Positions 54,445 through 64,000 of a DNA stretch of 64,000 nt are shown one piece after another (position 1 is the first letter of the stretch; each line of letters opens with the position of its first letter). Source of the stretch: Bacillales bacterium UBA1188 (GTDB taxonomy: Bacteria > Bacillota_I > Bacilli_A > Izemoplasmatales > UBA1188); the NCBI GenBank assembly GCA_002310135.1, contig DBYK01000001.1, positions 367,949 to 431,948 of the forward strand, given 5' to 3'. The notes under the pieces were generated by a model that did not search any database, was not told the origin of the DNA, and saw only the letters and a program-made list of their open reading frames with translations. Made by a program: the position numbers and the translations under genes.

Positions 54445-54795
54445 CTAGAACTTTAATCCTGCTTCACGAGCAGCTTCAGCTAAAGCTTTTACTCTTCCAT
54501 GATAGATATATCCACCACGGTCGAATACTACTTCACTAACACCAACTTTCTTGGCGTTTTCAGCAATCATCTTTCCTACTTCTTTAGCGGCTTCACAATT
54601 TGAACCATGTTCAAGTTTTAAACTTGATGCACTAGCAAGTGTAACGCCTTTAGTATCATCGATGATTTGTGCATAAATATGCATATTAGAACGGAAAACA
54701 TCTAATCTTGGACGTTCTGATGTTCCATTAACAGTTTTTCTTACGCGCGCATGTCTTTTAAGTCTTTGCGCATTGGAATCATAGATCTTAATCAT
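54445..54795 (-). CDS. rplR: 50S ribosomal protein L18
   Basis: [18 protein letters not shown]. Confidence 0.97.
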   Translation of the reverse strand: MIKIYDSNAQRLKRHARVRKTVNGTSERPRLDVFRSNMHIYAQIIDDTKGVTLASASSLKLEHGSNCEAAKEVGKMIAENAKKVGVSEVVFDRGGYIYHGRVKALAEAAREAGLKF

Positions 54796-54796
54796 A

Positions 54797-55339
54797 TTAC
54801 TTAGCTGTCTTTCCTTCCTTATGTCTTACTTTTTCGCCTTTATATCTGATACCTTTTCCATGATATGGTTCAGGTTTTCTTATGCCTCTAATGTAGGCAG
54901 CGAATTCTCCAACAACTTGTTTGTTTGCGCCTATTACTACGCAATCTGTTTGAGTTGGGAGTTCAACAGTAATTCCTTCAGGTAGTGGAACTACTTTAGG
55001 GTTTGAATAACCAGCAATTACTGTTAATTCTCTTGGATTATTTAGGACAAATCTGTAACCTGTTCCTTTAATTTCAAGAGCTACTTTAAAGTTTTCATGA
55101 GCACCTACTATCATATTGTTTAGTAGAGCTCTTGCAGTTCCGTGATATACAGGACTGAATAGAGTTGGATGTTCTGGTAGACTAACGTGTACTTCGTTGT
55201 TTTCTACTGTTATTACAACATCATCTTTAAAAGTTTGTGTAAGTGTTCCTTTTGGTCCTTTAACAGTTATAACGTTTCCGTTTTGTTCTACTGTTACGCC
55301 TTCTGGAATCACTATAGCTTTTTTACCTATACGACTCAT
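54797..55339 (-). CDS. rplF: 50S ribosomal protein L6
   Basis: [17 protein letters not shown]. Confidence 0.97.
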   Translation of the reverse strand: MSRIGKKAIVIPEGVTVEQNGNVITVKGPKGTLTQTFKDDVVITVENNEVHVSLPEHPTLFSPVYHGTARALLNNMIVGAHENFKVALEIKGTGYRFVLNNPRELTVIAGYSNPKVVPLPEGITVELPTQTDCVVIGANKQVVGEFAAYIRGIRKPEPYHGKGIRYKGEKVRHKEGKTAK

Positions 55340-55345
55340 AACTTT

Positions 55346-55747
55346 TTACCATATATAGGCGATAACTTCGCCACCTATATTTTGTTTTCTCGCATCTTTA
55401 TCAGCCATAATACCTTTAGATGTGGAAATGATTGCAACACCGAGACCATTAAGTACTTTAGGTAATTTCTCAGATTGTGCATAAACTCTTAAGCCAGGCT
55501 TAGAGATTCTCTTGAGTCCTTGGATAACTCTTTCATTATTAGATAAGTATTTAAGTGATACTTCTATTACATTGTGATGAGATTTTTCATCTCTTTTAAC
55601 TTTGTAGTCTAGAATGTATCCTTCAACTCTCATAACTTCTAATATTTCAGTTTTTGTGCGTGATAGAGGAACGATTACAGTCTTCATCTTCATCGCGTTT
55701 GCGTTTCTGATACGAGTTAACATATCAGCAATTGGATCAGTCATCAT
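55346..55747 (-). CDS. rpsH: 30S ribosomal protein S8
   Basis: [15 protein letters not shown]. Confidence 0.97.
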   Translation of the reverse strand: MMTDPIADMLTRIRNANAMKMKTVIVPLSRTKTEILEVMRVEGYILDYKVKRDEKSHHNVIEVSLKYLSNNERVIQGLKRISKPGLRVYAQSEKLPKVLNGLGVAIISTSKGIMADKDARKQNIGGEVIAYIW

Positions 55748-55761
55748 ATATTACTTTCCTC

Positions 55762-55947
55762 CTACCAACTTGATTTTCTTACTCCAGGGATTTTTCCTTC
55801 TGAAGCTAATTCTCTAAAACAAATACGACATAGATGGAACTTGCGATATACGGCATGTGGACGACCACATCTTTCGCATCTTGTATAAACTCTTGTGGAG
55901 AACTTTTGAGGTCTCTTTGATCTTATAATTTGTGATGTTTTTGCCAT
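55762..55947 (-). CDS. rpsZ: 30S ribosomal protein S14 type Z (Zn-ribbon, 61 aa)
   Basis: [23 protein letters not shown]. Confidence 0.97.
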   Translation of the reverse strand: MAKTSQIIRSKRPQKFSTRVYTRCERCGRPHAVYRKFHLCRICFRELASEGKIPGVRKSSW

Positions 55948-55949
55948 AA

Positions 55950-56498
55950 TTATTCACCCCTATGTTGGAATGGAACACCAACAAGTTTTAATAGTTCATA
56001 ACATTCAGCATCAGTTTTAGCTGTAGTTACGATAACTATATCCATGCCACGAACTTTAGTAACCTTATCCAAATTAATTTCTGGGAAGATTATTTGTTCT
56101 TTAACACCTAATGTGTAATTTCCTCTACCATCAAAGGCTTTAGGAGAAACACCTCTAAAGTCTCTAACACGAGGAAGAGTAATTGAAACGAGCTTATCTA
56201 GGAATTCATACATTCTTTCGCCTCTTAATGTAACCTTAGCACCTATCTTCATTCCTTCACGAAGTTTGAAGTTAGCTATAGATTTCTTGGCGATAGTGAT
56301 GATTGGTTTTTGACCAGTTATTTGAGTTAAATCACTAACTGCATCATCTAATAACTTAGAATTTTGGATAGAATCACCAACACCCATATTCACAACAATC
56401 TTAACAACTTTTGGACATTGCATAATTGTAGTGTAATTGAATTTCTTAATTAAAGCTGGTTGGATTTCACTTAAATATCTTTCATGTAGTCTATTCAT
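55950..56498 (-). CDS. rplE: 50S ribosomal protein L5
   Basis: ATG 56498 behind [28 protein letters not shown]. Confidence 0.96.
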   Translation of the reverse strand: MNRLHERYLSEIQPALIKKFNYTTIMQCPKVVKIVVNMGVGDSIQNSKLLDDAVSDLTQITGQKPIITIAKKSIANFKLREGMKIGAKVTLRGERMYEFLDKLVSITLPRVRDFRGVSPKAFDGRGNYTLGVKEQIIFPEINLDKVTKVRGMDIVIVTTAKTDAECYELLKLVGVPFQHRGE

Positions 56499-56510
56499 AT
56501 TATTCACCTA

Positions 56511-56858
56511 CTAATCCAACTCTTCGTTTGTCTTCTTAGAATAACGAACCTTCCTAGAAACAGTTGGAGCGTTTTTCTTCTTTGATTGTTGAGTTACAAC
56601 TTTGTAACCAACACGAGTTCTAACCTTATCTTTTCCGACAACAAGCATAACATTTGAAGCGTGAATCTTAGCTGCTTTATCAACGATACCACCATCTGGA
56701 TTTGAGTTAGATGGTTTTTCATGATGCTTGTTAACTTTTAGGTTTTCACCATCGAGGACTAATTTGTTTTCTTTTTGAAGTACAGCGACAACTTTAGCTT
56801 TTTTGCCTTTATCTTGACCGCTGATGATTACAACTTCATCACCTTTTTTAAAGTTCAT
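56511..56858 (-). CDS. rplX: 50S ribosomal protein L24
   Basis: KKGDEVVIISGQDKGK (KOW motif). Confidence 0.96.
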   Translation of the reverse strand: MNFKKGDEVVIISGQDKGKKAKVVAVLQKENKLVLDGENLKVNKHHEKPSNSNPDGGIVDKAAKIHASNVMLVVGKDKVRTRVGYKVVTQQSKKKNAPTVSRKVRYSKKTNEELD

Positions 56859-56866
56859 AAGTCCTC

Positions 56867-57235
56867 CTATAATACCTCAGGAGCTAAAGATACGATCTTT
56901 GTGAATTCTTTTTCACGAAGTTCTCTAGCAACTGGTCCAAAAATACGAGTACCTTTAGGGTTCTTATCATTATCTACTATAACTGCAGCATTATCATCGA
57001 ATTTGATTGATGAACCATCAGGTCTTTGAATACTTCTTTTTGTTCTAACGATAACTGCTTTAACAATATCAGATTGTTTAACAGTACCATCACTAGATGC
57101 ACTCTTAACAGTCGCAACGATGATATCACCAATGTGTGCGAATCTTCTATGAGTTCCACCTAATACTTTAATACACATAATAGTTTTTGCACCGGAATTA
57201 TCCGCAACTCTTAATCTTGAAAAAGTTTGAATCAT
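56867..57235 (-). CDS. rplN: 50S ribosomal protein L14
   Basis: [17 protein letters not shown]. Confidence 0.97.
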   Translation of the reverse strand: MIQTFSRLRVADNSGAKTIMCIKVLGGTHRRFAHIGDIIVATVKSASSDGTVKQSDIVKAVIVRTKRSIQRPDGSSIKFDDNAAVIVDNDKNPKGTRIFGPVARELREKEFTKIVSLAPEVL

Positions 57236-57244
57236 AGTTGCCTC

Positions 57245-57505
57245 CTATACAATAACTTTCTTTTCTAAGATTTTAACTAAACGATAACGCTTAGTTGCGC
57301 TTAGAGGACGAGTCTCCATGATTTCAACTTTATCGCCAACTTTAGCTTCATTGTTTTCATCATGTGCTCTAAATTTCTTACTAGACATAACTCTCTTAGA
57401 ATATAGAGGATGTTTTTTGTAAGTATCAACTTTTACAGTAATAGTCTTATCATTTGTATCACCAACAACGATACCAACGAAAGTTTTACGAGTATTTCTT
57501 TCCAT
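57245..57505 (-). CDS. rpsQ: 30S ribosomal protein S17
   Basis: ATG 57505 behind [26 protein letters not shown]. Confidence 0.95.
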   Translation of the reverse strand: MERNTRKTFVGIVVGDTNDKTITVKVDTYKKHPLYSKRVMSSKKFRAHDENNEAKVGDKVEIMETRPLSATKRYRLVKILEKKVIV

Positions 57506-57515
57506 ACTTTTCCTC

Positions 57516-57713
57516 CTATTCCTCTCCTCTTCTCTCATTTAATACAGTTGAGAGACGAGCGATAGTTTTTCTTGCTTTCTTTATGTCTGCAGTATTTTCA
57601 AACTGGCCTGTAGCTTGTTTGAAACGATAATTGAATAAGTCTTTCTTTAAATCTTTAATGTTTTTAACGATTTCTTCATTAGAGAGTTTTCTGATTTCTT
57701 CAATTCTCATCAT
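57516..57713 (-). CDS. rpmC: 50S ribosomal protein L29
   Basis: 65 aa, lying between rplP and rps[19 protein letters not shown]. Confidence 0.95.
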   Translation of the reverse strand: MMRIEEIRKLSNEEIVKNIKDLKKDLFNYRFKQATGQFENTADIKKARKTIARLSTVLNERRGEE

Positions 57714-57715
57714 AA

Positions 57716-58129
57716 TTATTCAACCTCCCTTTTAACCATCTTTGTTAGTACTGGGAGTTTTGCTGCGCCAAGACGGAATGCTTCTTTAGCCATTTCTTCA
57801 GAAACACCAGCTACTTCGAAAAGAATAACTCCTTCTTTTACAACAGCAACGTATCCTTCAACTGAACCTTTACCAGAACCCATACGAACTTCTAGAGGCT
57901 TCTTAGTTTTAGCTAGATGAGGGAAAACTTTAATCCATACTTTTCCTGTTCTATCTAAGTATCTTGTGATGGCAACTCTGGCAGCTTCAAGTTGACGAGC
58001 AGTAACCCATGCACCTTCTTTAGCAACTAGACCAAATTCTCCAAACGCAAGTTCAGTTCCACCTTTTGCATGGCCTTCATAAGAAAGTCTATGTGGACGA
58101 CGATACTTAGTTCTTTTTGGCATTAACAT
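57716..58129 (-). CDS. rplP: 50S ribosomal protein L16
   Basis: ATG 58129 behind [19 protein letters not shown]. Confidence 0.96.
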   Translation of the reverse strand: MLMPKRTKYRRPHRLSYEGHAKGGTELAFGEFGLVAKEGAWVTARQLEAARVAITRYLDRTGKVWIKVFPHLAKTKKPLEVRMGSGKGSVEGYVAVVKEGVILFEVAGVSEEMAKEAFRLGAAKLPVLTKMVKREVE

Positions 58130-58802
58130 GTCTTCTATCCTCCCTAGTATTTCTTTCGTCATCATCAGGAGTTCCTTTTAACACTTCACCTTTATAGATC
58201 CATACTTTAACACCTAAAATACCATAAGTAGTATTAGCTTCAGTATGAGCATAGTCTATATTAGCTCTTAGAGTATGTAGTGGAACATTACCTTCAGAAT
58301 AACCTTCGCTTCTTGCGATTTCAGCACCGGCAAGTCTTCCTGAAATTAATGTTTTGCATCCCTTAGCTCCAGCTTTTAGAGCTCTTGTGATAGCGAGTTT
58401 TTGAACTCTTCTAAATGATGCACGATTTTCAAGTTGTCTTGCGATACTATCAGCAACTAATGTTGCGTCTGTTTCAGGACGTCTTACTTCCTTAACATTA
58501 ACGAATACTTGTTTAGAAGTTAATTTAGATAATTCTTCTACAGCTTCTTTCTTAATAGCGCCTTCTCTACCAATTACCATACCAGGTTTAGCAGTAAATA
58601 ATGTAACGATGAGACGGTTCTTACTTCTTTCGATAACTACTTTAGCGATTGAAGCATTATAGAATTTCTTATTAACGTATTTTCTAACTTTTAAATCTTC
58701 TTCGAGAAGGTTTGGAACTTCTTTATTGCTTGCATACCATCTAGCATCCCAATTCTTGTTGATGCCAAGTCTTAAACCATTAGGATTAACTTTTTGTCCC
58801 AT
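58107..58802 (-). CDS. rpsC: 30S ribosomal protein S3
   Basis: [14 protein letters not shown]. Confidence 0.97.
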   Translation of the reverse strand: MGQKVNPNGLRLGINKNWDARWYASNKEVPNLLEEDLKVRKYVNKKFYNASIAKVVIERSKNRLIVTLFTAKPGMVIGREGAIKKEAVEELSKLTSKQVFVNVKEVRRPETDATLVADSIARQLENRASFRRVQKLAITRALKAGAKGCKTLISGRLAGAEIARSEGYSEGNVPLHTLRANIDYAHTEANTTYGILGVKVWIYKGEVLKGTPDDDERNTREDRRHVNAKKN

Positions 58803-58805
58803 AGA

Positions 58806-59141
58806 TTATTCCCTCTCTCCTAACACACAAACGATTGAACTAGTTCTCTTTAAGATTGCGAAGCCTTGTCCTTTAGCATGAGGTTGCATTCTCTTTAGAG
58901 TTGGTCCTTCATTTGCATAGATTTCTTTTACATAAAGCTTTTCAGAATTCATATTGAAATTGTTTTCTGCATTAGCTTTGCATGAATTTATAACCTTTAA
59001 TATAGGTTTAGCTGCGCCACGATTAACGTTCTTTAAAATGGCTTCAGCTTCTTTGTAGTCTTTTCCTCTAACTAGGTCTAGAACTAATCTAACTTTACGA
59101 GGAGCAATTCTTATCATTGAAACACTTGCTTTAGCTTCCAT
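58806..59141 (-). CDS. rplV: 50S ribosomal protein L22
   Basis: MEAKASVSMIRIAPRKVRLV. Confidence 0.97.
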   Translation of the reverse strand: MEAKASVSMIRIAPRKVRLVLDLVRGKDYKEAEAILKNVNRGAAKPILKVINSCKANAENNFNMNSEKLYVKEIYANEGPTLKRMQPHAKGQGFAILKRTSSIVCVLGERE

Positions 59142-59152
59142 AACAAATCCTC

Positions 59153-59428
59153 CTATTTATTTCCTTTATCGCCAGAAGTGTGGCCTTTAAAGTTTCTTGT
59201 TAGAGCAAATTCTCCTAGTTTGTGTCCAACCATATCTTCAACTACGTATACAGGAACATGTTGTTTTCCGTTATATACTGCTATTGTAAGTCCTACAAAC
59301 TCTGGGAAGATAGTAGAACGTCTTGACCATGTTTGGATAACTTTCTTTGCTTTAGAATTATGAGCTTCTTTAACTTTCTTCATTAAAGATTCGTCACAGA
59401 ATGGACCTTTTTTAATTGATCTTGACAT
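59153..59428 (-). CDS. rpsS: 30S ribosomal protein S19
   Basis: [10 protein letters not shown]... Confidence 0.97.
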   Translation of the reverse strand: MSRSIKKGPFCDESLMKKVKEAHNSKAKKVIQTWSRRSTIFPEFVGLTIAVYNGKQHVPVYVVEDMVGHKLGEFALTRNFKGHTSGDKGNK

Positions 59429-59438
59429 ATCCTATCTC

Positions 59439-60272
59439 CTATTTAGCGTTCCTTCTCTTCATAATGAACTTATTAGAAGGATTCTTCTTGCTTCTTGTCT
59501 TAACACCAAGAGCTTTTTTACCCCAAGGGGTTAGTGGTGCTTTATGTCCAATTGGTTGAGTACCTTCACCACCACCGTGAGGGTGATCTACTGGGTTCAT
59601 AACAGAACCACGAACAGTTGGACGAATACCATAATGTCTAGTTTTACCAGCTTTACCTACGTAAATTAGTGAACGTTCACCATTACATACTGTACCGATA
59701 GTAGCTCTACATGTATTTTTAAATCTTCTCATTTCACCACTAGAAAGTCTAATGATAACAAAGTCGCCATCTTTACCAAGTATTTGAGCGCTTGCACCAG
59801 CACTTCTAACTAGTTGTGCACCATGACCTGGATTTAATTCTAAGTTGTGAATGAATGTACCTACTGGAATATTTCCTACTGGAAGAGCATTACCAGTTTT
59901 GATATCAACATCATTTCCAGAGATTACTTTATCTCCTACTTCTAATCCTTCAGGACGAATGATATATCTTTTTTCTCCATCTGGATATTGAATTAAAGAG
60001 ATAAATGCAGTTCTAATTGGATCGTATTCGATAGTTTTTACAGTTCCTTCGATACCATCTTTATTTCTCTTGAAATCGATGATTCTATATCTTTGTTTTT
60101 CTCCGCCACCTTGATGACGAACAGTGATTTTACCTTGGTTATTTCTACCACCCTTTTTCTTTAAGGCAACAGTTAATGATTTTTCTGGAACATTTGTAGT
60201 AATCTCTTTGTAGTCGAGAGCACTCATGTTTCTTGTGCCGTTAGTGATAGGCTTATATTTTCTAATTCCCAT
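59439..60272 (-). CDS. rplB: 50S ribosomal protein L2
   Basis: [15 protein letters not shown]...GGGEG. Confidence 0.97.
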   Translation of the reverse strand: MGIRKYKPITNGTRNMSALDYKEITTNVPEKSLTVALKKKGGRNNQGKITVRHQGGGEKQRYRIIDFKRNKDGIEGTVKTIEYDPIRTAFISLIQYPDGEKRYIIRPEGLEVGDKVISGNDVDIKTGNALPVGNIPVGTFIHNLELNPGHGAQLVRSAGASAQILGKDGDFVIIRLSSGEMRRFKNTCRATIGTVCNGERSLIYVGKAGKTRHYGIRPTVRGSVMNPVDHPHGGGEGTQPIGHKAPLTPWGKKALGVKTRSKKNPSNKFIMKRRNAK

Positions 60273-60280
60273 AATAATTC

Positions 60281-60562
60281 CTATTTAGCGTAGATATCAA
60301 TCTTATCGCCTTCAGCTAGTGTAACCACTGCCTTTTGTTGAGCTGGTAGGAATCCAGTATATCTCCCTACTCTCTTACTCTTTGGAAGAGTGTTGATCAT
60401 ATTAACATCAGTAACATGAACTTTGAAAATTTCTTCGATAGCTTTTTTAACATCAATCTTAGTTGCTTTTTTAGAAACTTCGAATGTGTATTTACCTTTT
60501 TCAACAAGCTTCATACTCTTTTCAGTAATGATAGGCTTCTTTATAATTTCATAACTATTCAT
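60281..60562 (-). CDS. rplW: 50S ribosomal protein L23
   Basis: Position and sequence ([11 protein letters not shown]). Confidence 0.96.
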   Translation of the reverse strand: MNSYEIIKKPIITEKSMKLVEKGKYTFEVSKKATKIDVKKAIEEIFKVHVTDVNMINTLPKSKRVGRYTGFLPAQQKAVVTLAEGDKIDIYAK

Positions 60563-61184
60563 CTAATAAAGCCTCCTCAAAATATTTAACAACGTCTTTA
60601 GTGACTACTAAGCTATCAGCATTTAGTACATCATATACGCTTGTATGACTATCCATACATGCAGCTGCATAATATAGATTTCTAATAGATAACTCAAGAT
60701 TTTCATTAACTTCATCGACAAGTACTAATACTTTTCCTAAAGCTTTAATGTTATCTAATACTTTTGCGAATTCTTTAGTCTTAGGTTCTTCAAGTTTTAA
60801 TGAATCTAATACTATAAAGTTTCCAGTTTCTACTTTTTCAGATAAAGCAATTCTTAATGCTTGTCTTCTAACTTTTCTATTTACTGAGAAACTATAATCT
60901 CTTGGATGAAGTTCAAACACATGTCCACCACCTCTATATTGAGGAGCACGAATTGTACCTTGACGAGCATGTCCAGTTCCTTTTTGTCTATAAGGCTTCT
61001 TTCCACCGCCTGATACATCGCTACGATTCTTAGTTTGGCTTGAACCGATTCTCATCGCAGCTCTTTGTGATTTAACTACATCATAAATAATTTGATCGTT
61101 CCATTCTTGATTGAATACTTTTTCGTTTAATTTAAGAGATGAAACAACTTCACCTTGCATATTTAACACATCGATTTTAGACAT
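60555..61184 (-). CDS. rplD: 50S ribosomal protein L4
   Basis: GGGKKPYRQKGTGHARQGTIRAPQ. Confidence 0.97.
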   Translation of the reverse strand: MSKIDVLNMQGEVVSSLKLNEKVFNQEWNDQIIYDVVKSQRAAMRIGSSQTKNRSDVSGGGKKPYRQKGTGHARQGTIRAPQYRGGGHVFELHPRDYSFSVNRKVRRQALRIALSEKVETGNFIVLDSLKLEEPKTKEFAKVLDNIKALGKVLVLVDEVNENLELSIRNLYYAAACMDSHTSVYDVLNADSLVVTKDVVKYFEEALLDE

Positions 61185-61196
61185 ATTTCAAGTCTC

Positions 61197-61829
61197 CTAT
61201 ACAGTCTTCTTTAAAGAAGCTTTAACGAATACTAATCCTTTCTTAGGTCCAGGAACGTTTCCTTTAACGAGAATTAAGTTCTTTTCAGGAATTACATCAA
61301 CAACTGATAAATTTTGAACTGTTCTCTTCCAAGCACCCATATGTGAAGGTAATCTTTTACCTTTGAATACGCGGTTTGGAGCTATAGCACCCATTGAACC
61401 GATTCCTCTATGATATTTTGAACCATGTCCCATAGGTCCTCTATGTTGGTTGTTTAATTTGATTGGACCAGCATATCCTTTACCAATTGCTGTACCGCTA
61501 GCATCTACGAAATCACCAGCTTTGAACATATCAACATTAACTACATCACCAACATTTAATGTTATATCTTTACATCTAACTTCAGAGATACATCTTTTTG
61601 GTTCTGAGTTAGCTTTCTTGCAGTGAGCTACAACTGCTTTAGTAGAATTTGCTTCTTTAATAGTTTCAAATCCTAATTGATAAGCAGAATATCCGTCATT
61701 TTCTTTTGTTTTAATTTGTAAAACGGTATTTCCACCTTTTGCTTCTAGTACTGTTACAGGTACTAATAATCCTTTTTCGTTGAACACTTGTGTCATTCCA
61801 ACTTTTCTTGTAAGTATTGCATTTCTCAT
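61197..61829 (-). CDS. rplC: 50S ribosomal protein L3
   Basis: KVGMTQVFNEKG. Confidence 0.97.
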   Translation of the reverse strand: MRNAILTRKVGMTQVFNEKGLLVPVTVLEAKGGNTVLQIKTKENDGYSAYQLGFETIKEANSTKAVVAHCKKANSEPKRCISEVRCKDITLNVGDVVNVDMFKAGDFVDASGTAIGKGYAGPIKLNNQHRGPMGHGSKYHRGIGSMGAIAPNRVFKGKRLPSHMGAWKRTVQNLSVVDVIPEKNLILVKGNVPGPKKGLVFVKASLKKTV

Positions 61830-61837
61830 ATAATCAC

Positions 61838-62146
61838 CTACTTAAGTTGAATATCAACACCGCTTGGAAGGTCTAATCTCATTAATGCATCAATAGTTGC
61901 TTGAGTTGGTCTAATGATGTCGATTAGTCTCTTGTGTGTTCTTCTTTCAAATTGTTCTCTTGAATCCTTATTGACATGTGGACTTCTAAGTACTGTGAAG
62001 ACTTCCTTGTCAGTAGGTAGTGGGATAGGACCAGCAACCTTTGTGCCAGTTCTACTAGCTGCATCAACGATACGTTTTGCAGATTGATCTAATAACTTTG
62101 CGTCATAAGATTTTAGCTTAATTCTAATTGTTTTTCTTGCTACCAT
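61838..62146 (-). CDS. rpsJ: 30S ribosomal protein S10
   Basis: [16 protein letters not shown]. Confidence 0.97.
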   Translation of the reverse strand: MVARKTIRIKLKSYDAKLLDQSAKRIVDAASRTGTKVAGPIPLPTDKEVFTVLRSPHVNKDSREQFERRTHKRLIDIIRPTQATIDALMRLDLPSGVDIQLK

Positions 62147-62266
62147 GTGTTGCTCCTTTCTAAATTCTATAGTATTTTATCTGAGAGTTCCCTGCTCACT
62201 ATGACAACACCATCTAGTGTAGCAGCAACATCTCAATATTTATGCATGCATTCGCACGCGAAATAT

Positions 62267-62295
62267 ATTATATATTCTATATATAGAAATGTCAA
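62267..62295 (-). promoter_or_regulatory. consensus promoter TTGACA-17-TATAAT of the S10 operon
   Basis: Minus strand reads TTGACAtttctatatatagaataTATAAT, about 120 nt upstream of the rpsJ ATG. Confidence 0.7.
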
Positions 62296-62378
62296 ATTAT
62301 TTTTTTACATATTTTTATTTATATACATATTTTGTGTGTTTTTGGTTACATAAATAGCGCATAACCCTTATTTTCAAA

Positions 62379-62404
62379 TAAAAAACCTAGGACAAAATCC
62401 TAGG
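62379..62404 (-). terminator. terminator after rplL
   Basis: CCTAGG-attttgt-CCTAGG followed by TTTTTTA on the minus strand. Confidence 0.75.
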
Positions 62405-62421
62405 CATTTTATTAAGAAAAA

Positions 62422-62799
62422 CTATTTAATTTCTACAGTAGCGCCTGCATCTTCAAAGATTTTCTTGATTGGTTCTGCTTCTTCAGGAGTGATGTTTTCC
62501 TTAATTGGTTTTGGAGCAGCATCAACGATTCCCTTAGCTTCGATTAGACCAACACCAAGTAAATCTCTAACAGCTTTAATAACAGCAACTTTTGAAGCAC
62601 CAACAGATGCTAAGATTACTGATACATTCTTTGGACCTTCTTCTTCAGCAGGAGTTGCAGCTTGAGCTGGACCTTGAACTGCTACAGCACTAGGGTCAAC
62701 GCCAAATTCTTCTTTCATTGCATCTACCCATTCTTTGATTTCGAGTAGAGTCATTTCTTTTAATGATTCAATAAATTGTTCTTTTGTAATTTTTGCCAT
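62422..62799 (-). CDS. rplL: 50S ribosomal protein L7/L12
   Basis: Ala-rich hinge and C-terminal KAVRDLLGVGLIEAKGIVD. Confidence 0.97.
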   Translation of the reverse strand: MAKITKEQFIESLKEMTLLEIKEWVDAMKEEFGVDPSAVAVQGPAQAATPAEEEGPKNVSVILASVGASKVAVIKAVRDLLGVGLIEAKGIVDAAPKPIKENITPEEAEPIKKIFEDAGATVEIK

Positions 62800-62817
62800 G
62801 ATTAATATCTCCTTAGA

Positions 62818-63315
62818 TTATTCTTTTGCTTCTGGATTGGCTATCATATTTAAGCCAAGGGCTAATTGTTGTAATGGTTGTAACATACCACCAGCAATCA
62901 TAGTAAGCATGCCCATTCTTGATGGTAATTGAGAAATAGCTAATATTTCTTCTTTTGTGCAGTATTGTCCATCAACAACACCGTCTTTGATTTTAAGTTT
63001 TTTGTTTTTCTTTTGGAAAGCAGCAGCGGCTTTAGGACCATCAACTGACTCGTTTTTTGAGAATATTAGACAAGATGGACCTTCAATATCATTTAATTGA
63101 TTAAATCCATTTTCTAAAGCAGCTCTTTTGATGATATTGTTAGTAACGACCTTTAAAAAACAATTGTCATCTCTAAGAGCTTTTCTTAATTCTTCCATTT
63201 GTTGAACAGTAAGTCCTGCATATTCACATAGGAAATAAGACTTACTCTCTTGCATCTTTTTAACGAGTTCCTCTACAGCACTGGCTTTCGAAGCAATAAT
63301 GTTTTGATTTGCCAT
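62818..63315 (-). CDS. rplJ: 50S ribosomal protein L10
   Basis: 165 aa, upstream of rplL. YFLCEYAGLTVQQMEELR. Confidence 0.96.
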   Translation of the reverse strand: MANQNIIASKASAVEELVKKMQESKSYFLCEYAGLTVQQMEELRKALRDDNCFLKVVTNNIIKRAALENGFNQLNDIEGPSCLIFSKNESVDGPKAAAAFQKKNKKLKIKDGVVDGQYCTKEEILAISQLPSRMGMLTMIAGGMLQPLQQLALGLNMIANPEAKE

Positions 63316-63461
63316 AAAAGTGTTCTCCTATAAAAATAAAACCTCTTTCCGTGAGAAAGAGGAAAAATAATACTATTATCCAATCAAATCTCAGCGGGAA
63401 ATTAAGTGCTCAAGCACACCAGCTATCTTAGATATATATTCTTTTTTTATTGTTTCTTTAA
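63316..63461 (-). promoter_or_regulatory. ribosomal protein L10 leader (autoregulatory attenuator)
   Basis: Intergenic rplA-rplJ RNA with structured stems (GTGCTTGAGCAC). A terminator, CCTCTTTC-tcac-GGAAAGAGG + TTTTATTTTT (63332-63362), lies just before the rplJ RBS, as in the Firmicute L10 leader. Confidence 0.55.
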
Positions 63462-64000
63462 CTAATATTGGATCTTGATTCCAGGACCCATAGTTGAAGA
63501 AAGGGTAATGTTTTTGATAAAAGTTCCTTTAACTGTTGCAGGTTTTAGTTTCTTGAATAATTCAACAGTTGTGTTGATGTTTTCAACTAATTTTTCATCT
63601 GAGAATGATACTTTTCCGATGCCAAGTTGAATATTACCAACTTTATCAACACGGTATTCAACTTTACCTGCTTTGATATCAGCAATAGCTTTTGTCAAAT
63701 CGTTTGTTACTGTTCCAGTCTTAGGGTTAGGCATTAAACCTTTAGGTCCAAGTACTCTACCTAGTTTTCCAATAACAGCCATCATATCTGGTGTTGCAAC
63801 TACAGTATCGAAGTCGAACCATCCACCCATAATCTTTTGAACATATTCATCATCACCAACATAATCAGCACCAGCAGCTTCAGCTTCTTTAGCTTTTTCA
63901 CTTCTTGCGAATACTAAGACTTTCTTAGTTTTACCAGTACCATTTGGTAATACGAATGCTCCTCTTAAGTTTTGTTCAGCTTTACGAGGGTCAAGATTTA
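63462..64000 (-). CDS. rplA: 50S ribosomal protein L1; 5' end lies outside the window
   Basis: The frame is open to the window edge: ...[63 protein letters not shown]... The track shows only the part from an internal Met. Confidence 0.95.
   Translation of the reverse strand, partial: NLDPRKAEQNLRGAFVLPNGTGKTKKVLVFARSEKAKEAEAAGADYVGDDEYVQKIMGGWFDFDTVVATPDMMAVIGKLGRVLGPKGLMPNPKTGTVTNDLTKAIADIKAGKVEYRVDKVGNIQLGIGKVSFSDEKLVENINTTVELFKKLKPATVKGTFIKNITLSSTMGPGIKIQY

Noticed and set aside
62147-62353. 68-aa plus-strand ORF in the rplL-rpsJ spacer.
   Set aside because: It is antisense to the S10 promoter and leader, with a low-complexity translation.
1-64000. CRISPR arrays or other long tandem arrays.
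   Set aside because: Only 2- to 3-copy repeats were found (32134-32238, 34100-34168, 13339-13395). There is no repeat-spacer periodicity and there are no cas genes.

Overview
64-kb chromosomal segment of an AT-rich, low-GC Firmicute. TGA is used as a stop codon and the operon order is Bacillus/Clostridium-like; I cannot name the species from sequence alone. Nearly all genes are on the minus strand.

- 48.6-64 kb: ribosomal super-operon (partial rplA, L10 leader, rplJL, then the S10-spc-alpha operons through rplQ, including secY, adk, infA, rpmJ and rpoA).
- 37.5-48.3 kb: housekeeping genes (ecfA1-ecfA2-ecfT-truA, tmk-holB-ricT-yabB-like-rsmI, DJ-1, metG, yitT).
- 18.9-30.4 kb: nnr-gltX with a co-transcribed tRNA(CUC), tRNA-Gln/Leu, an HD hydrolase, a PlsC-like acyltransferase, a uracil-type permease with an attenuator-like leader, zur-znuACB and a GAF protein.
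- 0-11.3 kb: BMP lipoprotein, lipase/GNAT, a tightly coupled 4-gene lipid operon, and a sigma-less partner-switching operon.

Two accessory islands abut the 3' ends of tRNA genes:
- Island 1 (about 11.5-18.9 kb): AbiE toxin-antitoxin, a coupled m6A methyltransferase / 125-aa unknown / GmrSD-type nuclease operon, a serine recombinase, and an XRE-led 3-gene cassette.
- Island 2 (about 30.5-37.4 kb): two AAA+/DUF4143 ATPases plus a decayed element. The element is bounded by imperfect inverted repeats and carries a broken large serine recombinase.

Best candidates for undescribed biology:
1. The STAS / PP2C-RsbW fusion / STAS-kinase operon (6.9-11.3 kb).
2. The MTase / small protein / DUF262-DUF1524 operon (13.5-16.6 kb).
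3. The DAG-kinase-like / CrtI-like / FNR-like / YhhN lipid operon (2.6-6.9 kb).

No rRNA genes or CRISPR arrays were seen. All calls rest on manual reading and remembered family motifs, not on database searches.
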